Part shown: positions 20,552 to 29,501 of the stretch, in pieces
Numbering within the stretch: position 1 is the first letter of the stretch
Layout of the letters: the number at the start of each line of letters is the position of its first letter
From: a virus
Taxonomy: Duplodnaviria; Heunggongvirae; Uroviricota; Caudoviricetes
Virus record (IMG/VR): IMGVR_UViG_3300032167_000028
Reading direction: 5' to 3' (one strand)
DNA length: 64,000 nucleotides
Translations under genes and position numbers: made by a program
Notes under the pieces: generated by a model
What the model was told of the DNA's origin: nothing
Databases searched by the model: none
Seen by the model: only the letters and a program-made list of their open reading frames with translations

Positions 20552-22006
20552 TTAATAATTACTAGTACCACCATAAAGGACGAGTTCTTCGCCTTCTGGA
20601 ATATAAAGGTTACTAGTGGAGATCTGATTTACACTCATGATACCAGTGGCATCAACGAAAACTTGGTTAACTTCAAGACTACTCTTAACACCACCGAGAG
20701 TAGTTTCAGAAGCAATTGGAAGAGTATAACCGCTTCCATCTCCAGAACCACCAACTGCGGAAAGTACACCAGATTCATCAAGAGTTAAACCATTACCGAT
20801 AACAGCAATAGGCGGCATAGCCGCGAGTTTATCAACATCATATTGACTTAATACTGGTATGGCCGCAATATCTTTAGTATTTTGTTCTACTAAAGCCTCA
20901 AGACCATTCCACTTATCACGCTCTGCCGCAGTGATATGAACAGTATTATTAGCAAGATGATTCTTTAAACTGCTAACTGGAATACCTGCACTAACAAGTA
21001 TACCGCCAGCTGCGATTTCAGGTAAATCACCTTCATCATAAGTTTCAACAACAGGAATATAATTAGATAGATCAACTTGAGTGTCTCCGATAAATTCAAA
21101 GGCACCATTGATAACCATATACTCATTATATTTATCAGTTTCAGACATTGGATTATTTAATACCATATAAATAGTATTAACATCCGCATCTTCTGGCGCA
21201 GGAAGTACATCAACGACTTCACGCTTTAATGTTCCCGCAGAAGCAACTGCTGTTGCAATTTTTTCTTCAACAACTTTTTCAGAAGCAGCAACTGAACCAT
21301 CTTGTAAAACAAGATTTCCAGTTAGTACGCCACCAGTTGCATCAATCTTACTAGCAAGTTCATTTTCAAGTTCTTGTGTCTTTTCAGATTGTTGCTCTGT
21401 TGTAGCTCTTAGTGCGGCAATGCTGCCGTAAATTGTATCTGCTTCCGCCGCATCTTCTTTGTTACCAATAGAAGCTGCGAGGTTATCTACTGTAGTTTGT
21501 AAACCAGTAAGTGCGGGACCAATGTCTTCTACTGTAATAGCAGAAGGCTCATACCAAGCAAGTTCTGGTTCACCATTAGTTGTGTCTACACGTGGTTCAA
21601 GGCCAGTCATCCAAGGATTGGATTCACTTACCTCAACAAGAACATGAGTTTCAGATTCTGCATCCCATTTATAGTATTTAACGCCCCAGTTCTTTAAAGA
21701 CAAAGTTTCTTTATTAAGAACTATTGTACGATTATCACCAAAAATTGCTTCTGTTCCAGAAGCAACACCAGTACCAACTTCAATTAGTTCGCCTTCGATG
21801 TTTTTGATGATATAGGCAGTGGCTTCGCCCTTTTCATCAATGAGACTTAAAATTTGACCAACATATGCGGTGGGGTTGCTTGCCGCATAATTGGCCATTT
21901 CGCCATAACTATACCATACTGCACTTGCATCAAGGGGAAAAGCATTACTGCGTCGTACAGCTCGTGGTATAGCAGTGCTAGCCACATTTTTTCTTATAGT
22001 AGCCAT
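20552..22006 (-). CDS. tail / baseplate-associated structural protein
   Basis: 484 aa, GGGGTGG RBS, position in fibre module. Confidence 0.65.
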   Translation of the reverse strand: MATIRKNVASTAIPRAVRRSNAFPLDASAVWYSYGEMANYAASNPTAYVGQILSLIDEKGEATAYIIKNIEGELIEVGTGVASGTEAIFGDNRTIVLNKETLSLKNWGVKYYKWDAESETHVLVEVSESNPWMTGLEPRVDTTNGEPELAWYEPSAITVEDIGPALTGLQTTVDNLAASIGNKEDAAEADTIYGSIAALRATTEQQSEKTQELENELASKIDATGGVLTGNLVLQDGSVAASEKVVEEKIATAVASAGTLKREVVDVLPAPEDADVNTIYMVLNNPMSETDKYNEYMVINGAFEFIGDTQVDLSNYIPVVETYDEGDLPEIAAGGILVSAGIPVSSLKNHLANNTVHITAAERDKWNGLEALVEQNTKDIAAIPVLSQYDVDKLAAMPPIAVIGNGLTLDESGVLSAVGGSGDGSGYTLPIASETTLGGVKSSLEVNQVFVDATGIMSVNQISTSNLYIPEGEELVLYGGTSNY

Positions 22007-22074
22007 TACTTACCACCCCTTATGCTAAAACTACAGCTAATGGCAATCCTAGTAGTCAACATTGCCATATCGCA

Positions 22075-22602
22075 TTATACCTCCTTTGCGGAACCACCGT
22101 AGATAATTGGAGAACCGTCGCCGATAAGTACTGTGCGATAAATAGCGGTTAAGGTACCTTCACTAACAGACATTGTATTAGTGCCCTTGAAAGACATAAT
22201 GTTGTGATAATTTAATTGAGCTACGGCCCCACTTGGTAATACAAATTCACCAGTACTCCAGTTATATGTGCCAGCACATGGAATAACAGTGATGTATTGG
22301 GTCGCTTCACCGCTGGAGGACTCGTGTGTAAGGGTAAGTGTAGTTTCTCCGGCTACGGGTGTTTCTACCATTACTGGTGTGCCTGCAACTGGAATGAAAG
22401 ATACGCTTGCTCCCTCTACAGAGGCTGGAGTGGTGAAGGAGTCGATCATTTTAGAACTACTCCAAATACGATCTTCGCAAGTGACGTTATCGTCAATAAA
22501 TGCTTTATCGGCTTTTGCCATTAGCTGACTAATATCACGAAGTGTGCTATTAATGCTTTTACCTGTTGTGTCTAGGAGAATTGGACTTGTAATCTTACCC
22601 AT
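22075..22602 (-). CDS. hypothetical structural protein
   Basis: 175 aa, AGGAGA RBS. Confidence 0.55.
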   Translation of the reverse strand: MGKITSPILLDTTGKSINSTLRDISQLMAKADKAFIDDNVTCEDRIWSSSKMIDSFTTPASVEGASVSFIPVAGTPVMVETPVAGETTLTLTHESSSGEATQYITVIPCAGTYNWSTGEFVLPSGAVAQLNYHNIMSFKGTNTMSVSEGTLTAIYRTVLIGDGSPIIYGGSAKEV

Positions 22603-22608
22603 AACTTA

Positions 22609-23025
22609 TCATTCTCCTTCATTATAAGTTATATTAAGTTTGCCGTCAACTACGCTCAAGCCAAGATCTTCAAATTCGGCTGTGAGTGTACTATGGGCTT
22701 CATAAAGATTGTTGTGGGCCTCGCTAAGTTCTGAATAAAAAGTTTCCAGAACTTCTACTTTTTCTTCAACTGCGGCCAAGTCTTCTTTGGTAGCAGCTGC
22801 AAAAATGAGGTTTGTACCATCATTAAATTTAACGACGAGTGCTCCCTCTTCATTTAAGGAAATACTTTTTACATCGGAACCTTGGATATCCAAAGGAGTT
22901 TCTATAAGGGTTCCATCTGCAAGAGTAAAAACAAGCTTGCCATCTACGTATTCTACTTTGCTTATGCCGGTGGCGGCTTGTCCTATGGTTTTCTTTAGTA
23001 GGGCATATGTAACTACATCAAACAT
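22609..23025 (-). CDS. hypothetical structural protein
   Basis: 138 aa, GGGGTG RBS. Confidence 0.55.
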   Translation of the reverse strand: MFDVVTYALLKKTIGQAATGISKVEYVDGKLVFTLADGTLIETPLDIQGSDVKSISLNEEGALVVKFNDGTNLIFAAATKEDLAAVEEKVEVLETFYSELSEAHNNLYEAHSTLTAEFEDLGLSVVDGKLNITYNEGE

Positions 23026-23031
23026 AGTTTA

Positions 23032-23214
23032 TCACCCCAACTTATACCAGGTCTTTTTACCATCTACCATATATACTTCAGAGGTTGGAACAATAAGGGC
23101 ACAAGTGCCTTGCTCATCATAACCATCCTTTAGTAGTTTAGGAAGATCATCCACACTATCAATTGCAAAGGTGGGGGTAATATCACTGGGGTTAGAAATC
23201 ATTCTGTAAGACAA
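23032..23214 (-). CDS. hypothetical small protein
   Basis: 60 aa, GGAGG RBS. Confidence 0.5.
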   Translation of the reverse strand: MSYRMISNPSDITPTFAIDSVDDLPKLLKDGYDEQGTCALIVPTSEVYMVDGKKTWYKLG

Positions 23215-23523
23215 AATAATTACCTCCCGGAAAATAAAAATAAGGAAAGGAAAACATAGAAGGACATCCTATCTGAAATTAAGAGAGGAAATATATAAAA
23301 GAAGAAGGAAGGTCATCAGAATTTTACGATAGGGAGGATGGAGGATGGGACGTACTACAACGGTGGGTGGCTCTTGAGGGGAGATGGCCAGCCCTGGAAG
23401 ATTGGTGCCCATACCATCCGAGATTTGTCAAATTTTTAAAATAAAATTTTCCTTTCTAAAACATAAGTGAAAATCCCCATCCACAATGAAAAGAAAAATT
23501 CCCAAACAATCAAAAAAAATAAC

Positions 23524-23553
23524 GCGGTCTGGCGATTGCTCGCCAGACCGCAT
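23524..23553. terminator. bidirectional intrinsic terminator
   Basis: GCGGTCTGGCG-ATTGCT-CGCCAGACCGC, 11-bp GC stem, T-tracts on both sides. Confidence 0.7.
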
Positions 23554-23557
23554 TTTC

Positions 23558-23977
23558 TTATACAATTACCCACACTCTATCTTCTTCTTCACTGTAGATT
23601 ATATTATCTTCTTGATATAACGGTAATTCTGATTCTATTAATAATCTTTCTGCCTCCAGCGGACTGACCTCTTCTTGGTTCAAAATGTCGTTGATAGTTT
23701 TGACCTGTGTTTTGAGCTCATTTACAACTGTCGAGTTTTGACCTTCTAATGGTTCAGAATTTTCCGTTGTTTTGAACTCCTCTAATGGGTCAGATTTCTT
23801 ATGTTTTGAACTGCTGGAGGGGTCACTACACTGATGTTTTGAACCATCAAGGTTCAAAACTCCCTCAGACCTTAAAAGTTCATTTTCATTTACATTTACA
23901 TTTACATTTACATTAAGGTTTTGACCGCTTTTGAACCCTTTTGACCTTTTGACCTCTTTTTGTGAATCGTTTAACAA
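23558..23977 (-). CDS. questionable ORF (low-complexity product) overlapping an iteron-like repeat array
   Basis: product has NVNVNVNVN from a (GTAAAT)n tandem, plus S-rich tracts; the DNA carries 7 or more GTTTTGAAC/GGTTCAAAAC copies. Confidence 0.3.
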   Translation of the reverse strand: MLNDSQKEVKRSKGFKSGQNLNVNVNVNVNENELLRSEGVLNLDGSKHQCSDPSSSSKHKKSDPLEEFKTTENSEPLEGQNSTVVNELKTQVKTINDILNQEEVSPLEAERLLIESELPLYQEDNIIYSEEEDRVWVIV

Positions 23978-23990
23978 ATTTGGTTCAAAA
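23690..23990. repeat. iteron-like repeat array (GTTTTGAAC / GGTTCAAAAC in both orientations, TTTTGACC x3, (ATTTAC)x4 at 23886-23914)
   Basis: direct reading of the sequence; includes the perfect inverted repeat GTTTTGAACC-ATCAA-GGTTCAAAAC near 23835. Confidence 0.7.
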
Positions 23991-23992
23991 CC

Positions 23993-24397
23993 CTATTGAG
24001 ACTTTTGAGCTTCACTGATACGCCGCTTTACAGTGCTTTCGCTAATATTAAGCATGCCCGCAATTTCCTTGTATGTCATACCTTGATTCTTCATATTAAG
24101 AATTGTTTCAGCATCAACAGAAGTGCGGGGTCTGCCGCCTTTTTTGCCATTAGCGATTTGTTTATCTCGACGTTCTTGTGCATGAGATATGGCGGTCCGC
24201 ACCTGCTCGAATCCATACAACCATGCGGGGTTGGATTCATCGGGAAGTAGCCCATAGCATCCATATTCCATAATGGACATTAGATAATCATATGCCGCTT
24301 CCTTACCTGCAAATCTTTCTACATTCTGAATAGTTTTGAGGAAACTTTCGTAAAAAACAAATGCACTATCATTTGTCATTCTGCTCACGCTCCTCAA
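23993..24397 (-). CDS. DNA-binding protein with C-terminal HTH (resolvase/sigma-region-4-like)
   Basis: C-terminus GRPRTSVDAETILNMKNQGMTYKEIAGMLNISESTVKRRI. Confidence 0.7.
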   Translation of the reverse strand: MRSVSRMTNDSAFVFYESFLKTIQNVERFAGKEAAYDYLMSIMEYGCYGLLPDESNPAWLYGFEQVRTAISHAQERRDKQIANGKKGGRPRTSVDAETILNMKNQGMTYKEIAGMLNISESTVKRRISEAQKSQ

Positions 24398-24548
24398 TAT
24401 ATTCAGTCATCGCAGCTGTCAATGCGGGAGTATCCTGAAATACGTATGCATTCATCCAAGGCTTATACGGATGTGGCACCACCTTTTCACAATAAAAGCC
24501 TCTGTCGATTAGGAAACGTGCTAACTTTAGGGAGTAGATAGTTTTCAT
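24369..24548 (-). CDS. hypothetical small protein (59 aa)
   Basis: internal ATG at 24546-24548 with GGTGA RBS; MKTIYSLKLARFLIDRGFY... Confidence 0.45.
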   Translation of the reverse strand: MKTIYSLKLARFLIDRGFYCEKVVPHPYKPWMNAYVFQDTPALTAAMTEYIEEREQNDK

Positions 24549-24639
24549 GGTATCACCTGTGTATTTGAAATTGGTAATGAGGGGTAGTCCTCGTTTAAGT
24601 TGTAGTTTAAGGGGGTTATTTGTCAATTGGTTTATTCTA

Positions 24640-25560
24640 AAAATGAAATTAAATTGCGGGGTAGGTTTTGAAAATGAAATTGCCTTTTTATAATTGTAAT
24701 TGTAGCTGGAGGTACAAAATGAAATTGCCAAAGCAACTACGGAATAACTATTCTCCTATCCCATTATAGTATAATATATTTTTTTGCAATTGTCAAAAAT
24801 TGGTGAAAGATTGTTCTATGTCATGTGCGGCGGAATGATTTAACGTTTGCAGCTGTTTTAATATGTTGAATAGTATTTTCATCGGACAAAAATTTTTATC
24901 AGTATGAGTATTAAGAAGACTTTTCGTTTGCTAAAAATACAGTTGTTTTTTGAAAATGAGAGTTGATTTTTTCAACTGTATTTTGACGATATAATCCAAG
25001 TCTGAGAGTTCCAAAAAAATTTTTAAAAAATTTTTTTCAGCTTATATTGACAATTCTAAACTGCGGCGGTATGATTAATGGTAGAGAAACAACAGAAAAG
25101 ATAACTCTCATGTGCCTCCAGCAACGACAGTTGCTGGAGGCGTATTGGTCCGCAGCTCTGTGTATAATTAAGATACCAATCTAATGAAACATATAAACCT
25201 TCCAGCTTTTTGATTTCTCACTATTTGTTTACAATTGTTTTTTAGTTTATATAATCCAAGATTTTCGAATTCTCTGGCTTCGATTATATCGTTAAAATAC
25301 AATTGTATTTTGAAGATGAAAGTTCATTTTTACAACTGTAAAATTAGCAATCGAAAAGGCTTTGGTATGAGTGTTAGTAAAAAAATTTTTTCATCTATTT
25401 TTCTTTCTCCTCGTTTTTAATTTCCAGATAATAGACAAGAAAGATGCGGTCAAATTTTTGTGGTGTCAAATTCATACTTCTAAAATTTCAACTGTTTTTG
25501 TAGTTGCTAAAATTTGAAAAAACTGAAAATCTATTCTATAATATATACATAAGGTTGAGA
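24640..25560. other. about 0.9 kb non-coding control region with duplicated elements
   Basis: 3x AAAATGAAATTGC; duplicated ACAGTTG..ttttgaa(a/g)atga(g/a)agtt..CAACTGT units at about 24925 and 25290; duplicated TGCGGCGG(A/T)ATGATT(T)AA at about 24825 and 25063; 11-bp-arm hairpin CCTCCAGCAAC-GACA-GTTGCTGGAGG at 25117-25144. Confidence 0.6.
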
Positions 25561-25562
25561 GA
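25508..25562 (+). promoter_or_regulatory. sigma70-type promoter TTGAAA-17-TATAAT with conserved leader start AAGGTTGAGAGA
   Basis: hexamers at 25508-25513 and 25531-25536; the motif AAGGTTGAGAGA recurs at two minus-strand promoters upstream of the tRNA island. Confidence 0.55.
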
Positions 25563-25717
25563 GAAAAGAGAATGATAAGACAAGCCAGCTTGATATATTT
25601 GGTGGTGTCCCACAACCTTTTCCTCCAGCCTAACTAATATTAAGGGAAGGAAAACCCTGTAAACCAGTGTGGGTAGCAAATACGCCCACAGGGCAAATAG
25701 CCCAAGGAGATAATAAT

Positions 25718-26233
25718 ATGTCTGTTGAAACTCGTGAGGCACTCCGTTCTAAGGTAATGGATACTCTTATGTCTACTTTCCCAGGCGCCCAGAAGGTTGT
25801 TGGCGGCGTCGCGTTCCTCTCTGATGTTGTTGATGAGGCTACCGGTATGCTCTTCCCAGTTGAGCTAAAGGTAACTGTTAAGAACACTCAGGATACTGCT
25901 CGTTCCAAGGCTTATGACCTTGATGCCGAGGTTGCTAAGGCTGCTGAGCGTCCCGGCCGTCGTGTTGCTGATCCAGCTAAGAAGGCTCAGAAGGATGCTG
26001 AAAAGGCTGCTGCCGCGGAGCGTAAGGCTGCTAATGTTGCGATCCTCCGTGAGTGGGTTAAGACCAATCTTCCAGCTGAGGGCATGATTCCTTCTGTTAT
26101 CGCTGCGAATGTTCCTGAGTTTGCTGGCCTCAACCAGATGCAGGTTGGTACCTACCTAAAGGCTCTTGTTGAAGAGGGCGTGCTTAAGTTCGAGCTTGAC
26201 GAGAAGCGTCATAAGGTTTACACCCTAGCGTGA
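25718..26233 (+). CDS. paralog-family protein A1 (VKNT / DLDA / KA-rich linker / MQVGTYLK motifs)
   Basis: 171 aa; GGAGA RBS; shares motifs with CDS 27859..28383 and 36220..36717; GC-rich island. Confidence 0.75.
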   Translation: MSVETREALRSKVMDTLMSTFPGAQKVVGGVAFLSDVVDEATGMLFPVELKVTVKNTQDTARSKAYDLDAEVAKAAERPGRRVADPAKKAQKDAEKAAAAERKAANVAILREWVKTNLPAEGMIPSVIAANVPEFAGLNQMQVGTYLKALVEEGVLKFELDEKRHKVYTLA

Positions 26234-26339
26234 AAACCGCTTAATGTGAGAATTCAGGTGAAAGAGGATGACCCAGCTTGTTGGACGACTCAATGCCCGG
26301 TAATTCTTCACACATAATTTAATCCAATGAGGAAGCGAA

Positions 26340-26650
26340 GTAATTCGCTTCTTTTTTTATTTGTGGGAAATTTTTAAAACAAAATTAATTTTATTTATTT
26401 AAAATAAATAATGAATTATAAAAAATAAAATAAAATAATAAAATATTTTTAAATAAATTTTATTAAAATAAATAAAATAAAATTATAAAATATAAAATAA
26501 AATTTTAAAATAAATTTATTTAAAATAAATAAAAATTAAAATAAGTAAAATAAAATTATAAATTATAAAATAAAAATTAAAATAATAAAATAAATTTCTT
26601 TAAAATAAAATTTATTTAAAATAAACAAAATTTTTATTTAAAATTCTCCA
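26340..26650. repeat. ~300 bp near-pure A/T low-complexity tract of degenerate AAAATAAA / TTTATTTAAAATAAA units
   Basis: direct reading; candidate DNA-unwinding element. Confidence 0.8.
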
Positions 26651-26790
26651 GCTTATACAAACAAATCCTCCAGCTTGCTGGAGGGGCGCGGCCCAGGGTG
26701 CAGGGCACCCAGGGCCTCCAGCTTACCTACTTCCAGCTTCCAACCCAGCTTGTTCCAGCTTTCCAGCTTGTGTCAAATTTTGACATCCGT
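26647..26790. repeat. GC-rich array of CCAGCTT direct repeats (8 copies) including inverted repeat CCTCCAGC-TT-GCTGGAGG
   Basis: direct reading; immediately follows the AT-rich tract. Confidence 0.75.
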
Positions 26791-26892
26791 GGAGGGGTGC
26801 GGCACGGCCGCGAGGGGAAGGTGGGAGGGATCGCTGGAGGGTAGTTATAGAGGGATAATAGTTTGTTAGTCATAACTAACACCGGTGGGAGA

Positions 26893-26911
26893 TTAGATGT
26901 TGAACATCTAA
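26893..26911. repeat. 19-bp palindrome TTAGATGTTGAACATCTAA (copy 1)
   Basis: exact match; 9 bp upstream of TTGACT -35. Confidence 0.95.
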
Positions 26912-26920
26912 AAACGTGAC

Positions 26921-26949
26921 TTGACTTTTTAGTGGGTATCCTGTATAAT
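26921..26949 (+). promoter_or_regulatory. sigma70-type promoter TTGACT-17-TATAAT
   Basis: hexamers at 26921-26926 and 26944-26949; AGGAGG RBS and ATG at 26992. Confidence 0.7.
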
Positions 26950-26991
26950 AATACTTGCAAGGAGTCCTATAAACAAGAAGGAGGAAAACTT

Positions 26992-27219
26992 ATGAAGATT
27001 TGGATTGTAATGGTATGGGATTGCGATGACTGGGAGATTCTGGACGTTCTGTTCGATAGTGATGCGATTGCACCGCGTGTCACCGAACTGTTCAAAGAGG
27101 AAGAAGGCCGCACTGAAATCAAAGTAGAATGCTGGTATAAGGATCCCACTAATGAAGTCAATGGGTATTTTCTTGATGTTGATGCATATTGGCGGGATGA
27201 TTGGCTGGAGGGTGAGTAA
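26992..27219 (+). CDS. hypothetical small protein (75 aa)
   Basis: MKIWIVMVWDCDDWEILDV...; strong RBS. Confidence 0.6.
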   Translation: MKIWIVMVWDCDDWEILDVLFDSDAIAPRVTELFKEEEGRTEIKVECWYKDPTNEVNGYFLDVDAYWRDDWLEGE

Positions 27220-27233
27220 TCACCCTAATATAA

Positions 27234-27252
27234 TTAGATGTTCAACATCTAA
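27234..27252. repeat. 19-bp palindrome TTAGATGTTCAACATCTAA (copy 2)
   Basis: exact; followed by TTGACA(27262)-17-TGgTATACT(27285). Confidence 0.95.
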
Positions 27253-27320
27253 AAATTAAAATTGACATATGGTCATATTTGTGGTATACTATCCATAGAA
27301 ATAGAAAAGGAGTTGTCTGC

Positions 27321-27488
27321 ATGAAAGTTCTTCTTACTTGGATGTATACGCATCCGCATGAGTTTATTCGTATTGTGTTTTTAATCATCATTGCGGCAAT
27401 CTTTTCTCCTTGGCGTGTAGAGATTCTTTCTGTGTTGTTGTGCTTTGACTTGGTGTTGTTGTATCTGGTTAGAAATTGGAAGGAGTAA
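27321..27488 (+). CDS. small hydrophobic membrane peptide (55 aa)
   Basis: AGGAG RBS; MKVLLTWMYTHPHEFIRIVFLIIIAAIF... Confidence 0.55.
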   Translation: MKVLLTWMYTHPHEFIRIVFLIIIAAIFSPWRVEILSVLLCFDLVLLYLVRNWKE

Positions 27489-27492
27489 AATT

Positions 27493-27771
27493 ATGACCAT
27501 TACTGTTGTTATCGAAGAAAATCATGGCCCTATCATTTATGCTAAGAATGATGACGCGGCAAAGCGTGCCCTGTTGGAAACGAATTGGGTAGACCAGTTC
27601 TCTGATGTATGGTGTCCTGATATGAGTGAAGATGCTCTCATGGATGCCGGAGACTTCCGTGCATTGAAGGATGTCTATGGTGATAATTGGGAAGAGCAGT
27701 ATCTTTCCTTTGATCATACTAAGCTGGAATTGATGGGTTATCATTTTTATACCGTAGAGTTGTACGAATAA
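27493..27771 (+). CDS. hypothetical protein (92 aa)
   Basis: GGAAGGAG RBS; MTITVVIEENHGPIIYAKNDD... Confidence 0.6.
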   Translation: MTITVVIEENHGPIIYAKNDDAAKRALLETNWVDQFSDVWCPDMSEDALMDAGDFRALKDVYGDNWEEQYLSFDHTKLELMGYHFYTVELYE

Positions 27772-27789
27772 TCGTACACTCCTTTTTTA

Positions 27790-27808
27790 TTAGATGTTGA
27801 ACATCTAA
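27790..27808. repeat. 19-bp palindrome (copy 3, G centre)
   Basis: exact; this copy has no adjacent promoter. Confidence 0.95.
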
Positions 27809-27827
27809 AAATCGCCTACAAAAAAAT

Positions 27828-27858
27828 AACAGGGGATTTGCATCCCCTGTTATTTCCA
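27828..27858. terminator. bidirectional intrinsic terminator
   Basis: AACAGGGGA-TTTGC-ATCCCCTGTT with T-tracts on both strands, between convergent genes. Confidence 0.7.
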
Positions 27859-28383
27859 TCAGGCACGGCTGTAATACGGCTTGCCCTTCACGACTTCACG
27901 CTTGACCGTCTCGGCGTTGTCCGCGGCGATGTTCTTGAGGTAAGTACCCACCTGCATGACACTGACTTCGGCAAGCTCCGGAATCGCCGCCTTGATGTCG
28001 GTGGTGGTCATCGGCTCGTCAGTCAGATTGACCATGCACCAGTCCTTGACAAGCTCCTGCTCCGCGTTACGCTTCGCACGCTTCGCTTCGGCTTCGGGAT
28101 CGACTTCCTTCGCCTTCTTCTCGGTCTTGGGTTTCGCGTCATTCTCCGCACGGGCGGTGATGGCGGCATCCAGATCGAAAGCCGGAGAAGTCTTGGTGGC
28201 TTCAGTGTTCTTCACGGTGATTTCCACGGTGGCGAACACGGTGTTGCCGTTCTCGTCCTTCACGCCGGTGTCAATGGCGTAGCAGTCCTTCTTGGCAACG
28301 CGAACCGGAATCAGACCAGCAACGGAAGCGGCGATCAGGTTCTCAACAGCGGCATTGGCGGCAACACGAATCTCGTTCTTCAT
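27859..28383 (-). CDS. paralog-family protein A2
   Basis: 174 aa; ITVKNTEATKTSPAFDLDAAI ... KA-rich ... SVMQVGTYLKNI; ~58% GC; two tandem consensus promoters upstream (28455-28484 and 28553-28581). Confidence 0.75.
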   Translation of the reverse strand: MKNEIRVAANAAVENLIAASVAGLIPVRVAKKDCYAIDTGVKDENGNTVFATVEITVKNTEATKTSPAFDLDAAITARAENDAKPKTEKKAKEVDPEAEAKRAKRNAEQELVKDWCMVNLTDEPMTTTDIKAAIPELAEVSVMQVGTYLKNIAADNAETVKREVVKGKPYYSRA

Positions 28384-28590
28384 AGGGTATCCCTTTCTGC
28401 TTTTTAGGTGGTCGCATCACCTGTCGTTTTGTTTTCCTCTCTTGAGGATGTATTCATTATACCAGAAGATTTGGAATCTGTCAAGAGTTTTTTGAAACTT
28501 TTTTCAATTTCTTTTTTCTCTTGTTCTGTTCCTCTCTCTCAGGTACGAATATAGTATACATCAAATTTTAGAAAAAGTCAATGCTTAATA

Positions 28591-28609
28591 TTAGATGTTC
28601 AACATCTAA
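28591..28609. repeat. 19-bp palindrome (copy 4) centred between divergent promoters
   Basis: minus -35 at 28576-28581 and plus -35 at 28619-28624, each about 10 bp from the palindrome. Confidence 0.95.
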
Positions 28610-28618
28610 AAATGGTTA

Positions 28619-28647
28619 TTGACTTTTTGTTTTAGGTGTGCTATACT
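28619..28647 (+). promoter_or_regulatory. sigma70-type promoter TTGACT-17-TATACT
   Basis: drives exonuclease gene. Confidence 0.7.
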
Positions 28648-28677
28648 ATCAGTACCAACTGAAAGGAAGTGCATAAA

Positions 28678-29436
28678 ATGAATGTCGTTGTATTCGACAC
28701 CGAAACCGCAAACATGCAGAAACGTTTCTGCTATAATGTCGGGTATGTTATCCTTGACATTTCTACTGGTGAAAAGCTGGTGGAGCGTGACTTTGTAGTG
28801 GAGCAGATTTGGCATAATGTTGAACTGTTTGCAACTGCCTATTATGCGGACAAGCGTGAACTGTATGTCAAGAAAATGCGTTCGCGTAAAGCGGTCATGG
28901 ATAAATGGGGTTATATCATGCAAACTATGATGCGTGATTTCAAGCGGCATGAAGTGGTTTGTGCGTATGCGTATAACTCTCCATTCGATGACAAAGTGTT
29001 TACCTTTAACTGTGATTGGTTCAAAACTCAGAATCCTTTTGACACGATTCCCATTTACGATCTTATGGGACTTGCCTGCGACTGTATCACGCAGTATGAT
29101 ACCTATCATAGTTACTGCGAAGAACACGAGTTTTTCACCGAATCCGAAACCGAGTATTCCATCACCGCAGAAACAGTCTATAGGTTCATCACCGATGACC
29201 CGACTTTTGTAGAAGAACACACCGCCCTTGCGGATGCACGAATTGAAGCAACCATTTTGATGCATTGTCTGAATATGGGGGCATATCCTGACCGAGAATA
29301 TCCGGTTGTGCATCAGAAACGAGTGATTGAACGTCCGTTCAAAGTGACCGTTGATGGACAAGTTGTCGCAGAAGGAAAGTACATCAAGAAGTGGCGGCGA
29401 GGGGACATTGTTAAATATACGACAAAGAACGGATAA
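28678..29436 (+). CDS. DnaQ-like (DEDD) 3'-5' exonuclease
   Basis: MNVVVFDTETANMQ (Exo I motif), 252 aa. Confidence 0.7.
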   Translation: MNVVVFDTETANMQKRFCYNVGYVILDISTGEKLVERDFVVEQIWHNVELFATAYYADKRELYVKKMRSRKAVMDKWGYIMQTMMRDFKRHEVVCAYAYNSPFDDKVFTFNCDWFKTQNPFDTIPIYDLMGLACDCITQYDTYHSYCEEHEFFTESETEYSITAETVYRFITDDPTFVEEHTALADARIEATILMHCLNMGAYPDREYPVVHQKRVIERPFKVTVDGQVVAEGKYIKKWRRGDIVKYTTKNG

Positions 29437-29453
29437 CATCCGTTCTTTCTTTA
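29426..29453 (+). terminator. intrinsic terminator
   Basis: AGAACGGAT-AAC-ATCCGTTCT + TTCTTTAT. Confidence 0.6.
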
Positions 29454-29462
29454 TGCGTGATT

Positions 29463-29481
29463 TTAGATGTTCAACATCTAA
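29463..29481. repeat. 19-bp palindrome (copy 5)
   Basis: exact; lies between two convergent terminators, no promoter. Confidence 0.95.
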
Positions 29482-29501
29482 TATATAAAAAATAAGGATG
29501 A

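Noticed and set aside
27838-28407. Long plus-strand ORFs on the GC-rich islands (27838..28407, 27956..28282, 36373..36783, 36356..36595, 36405..36671, 36810..37064, 36928..37134)
   Set aside because: They are antisense to the minus-strand paralog genes, which have RBSs, promoters, terminators and mutually similar products. High GC suppresses stop codons in all frames, and their products are low-complexity (R/S/A/L-rich).
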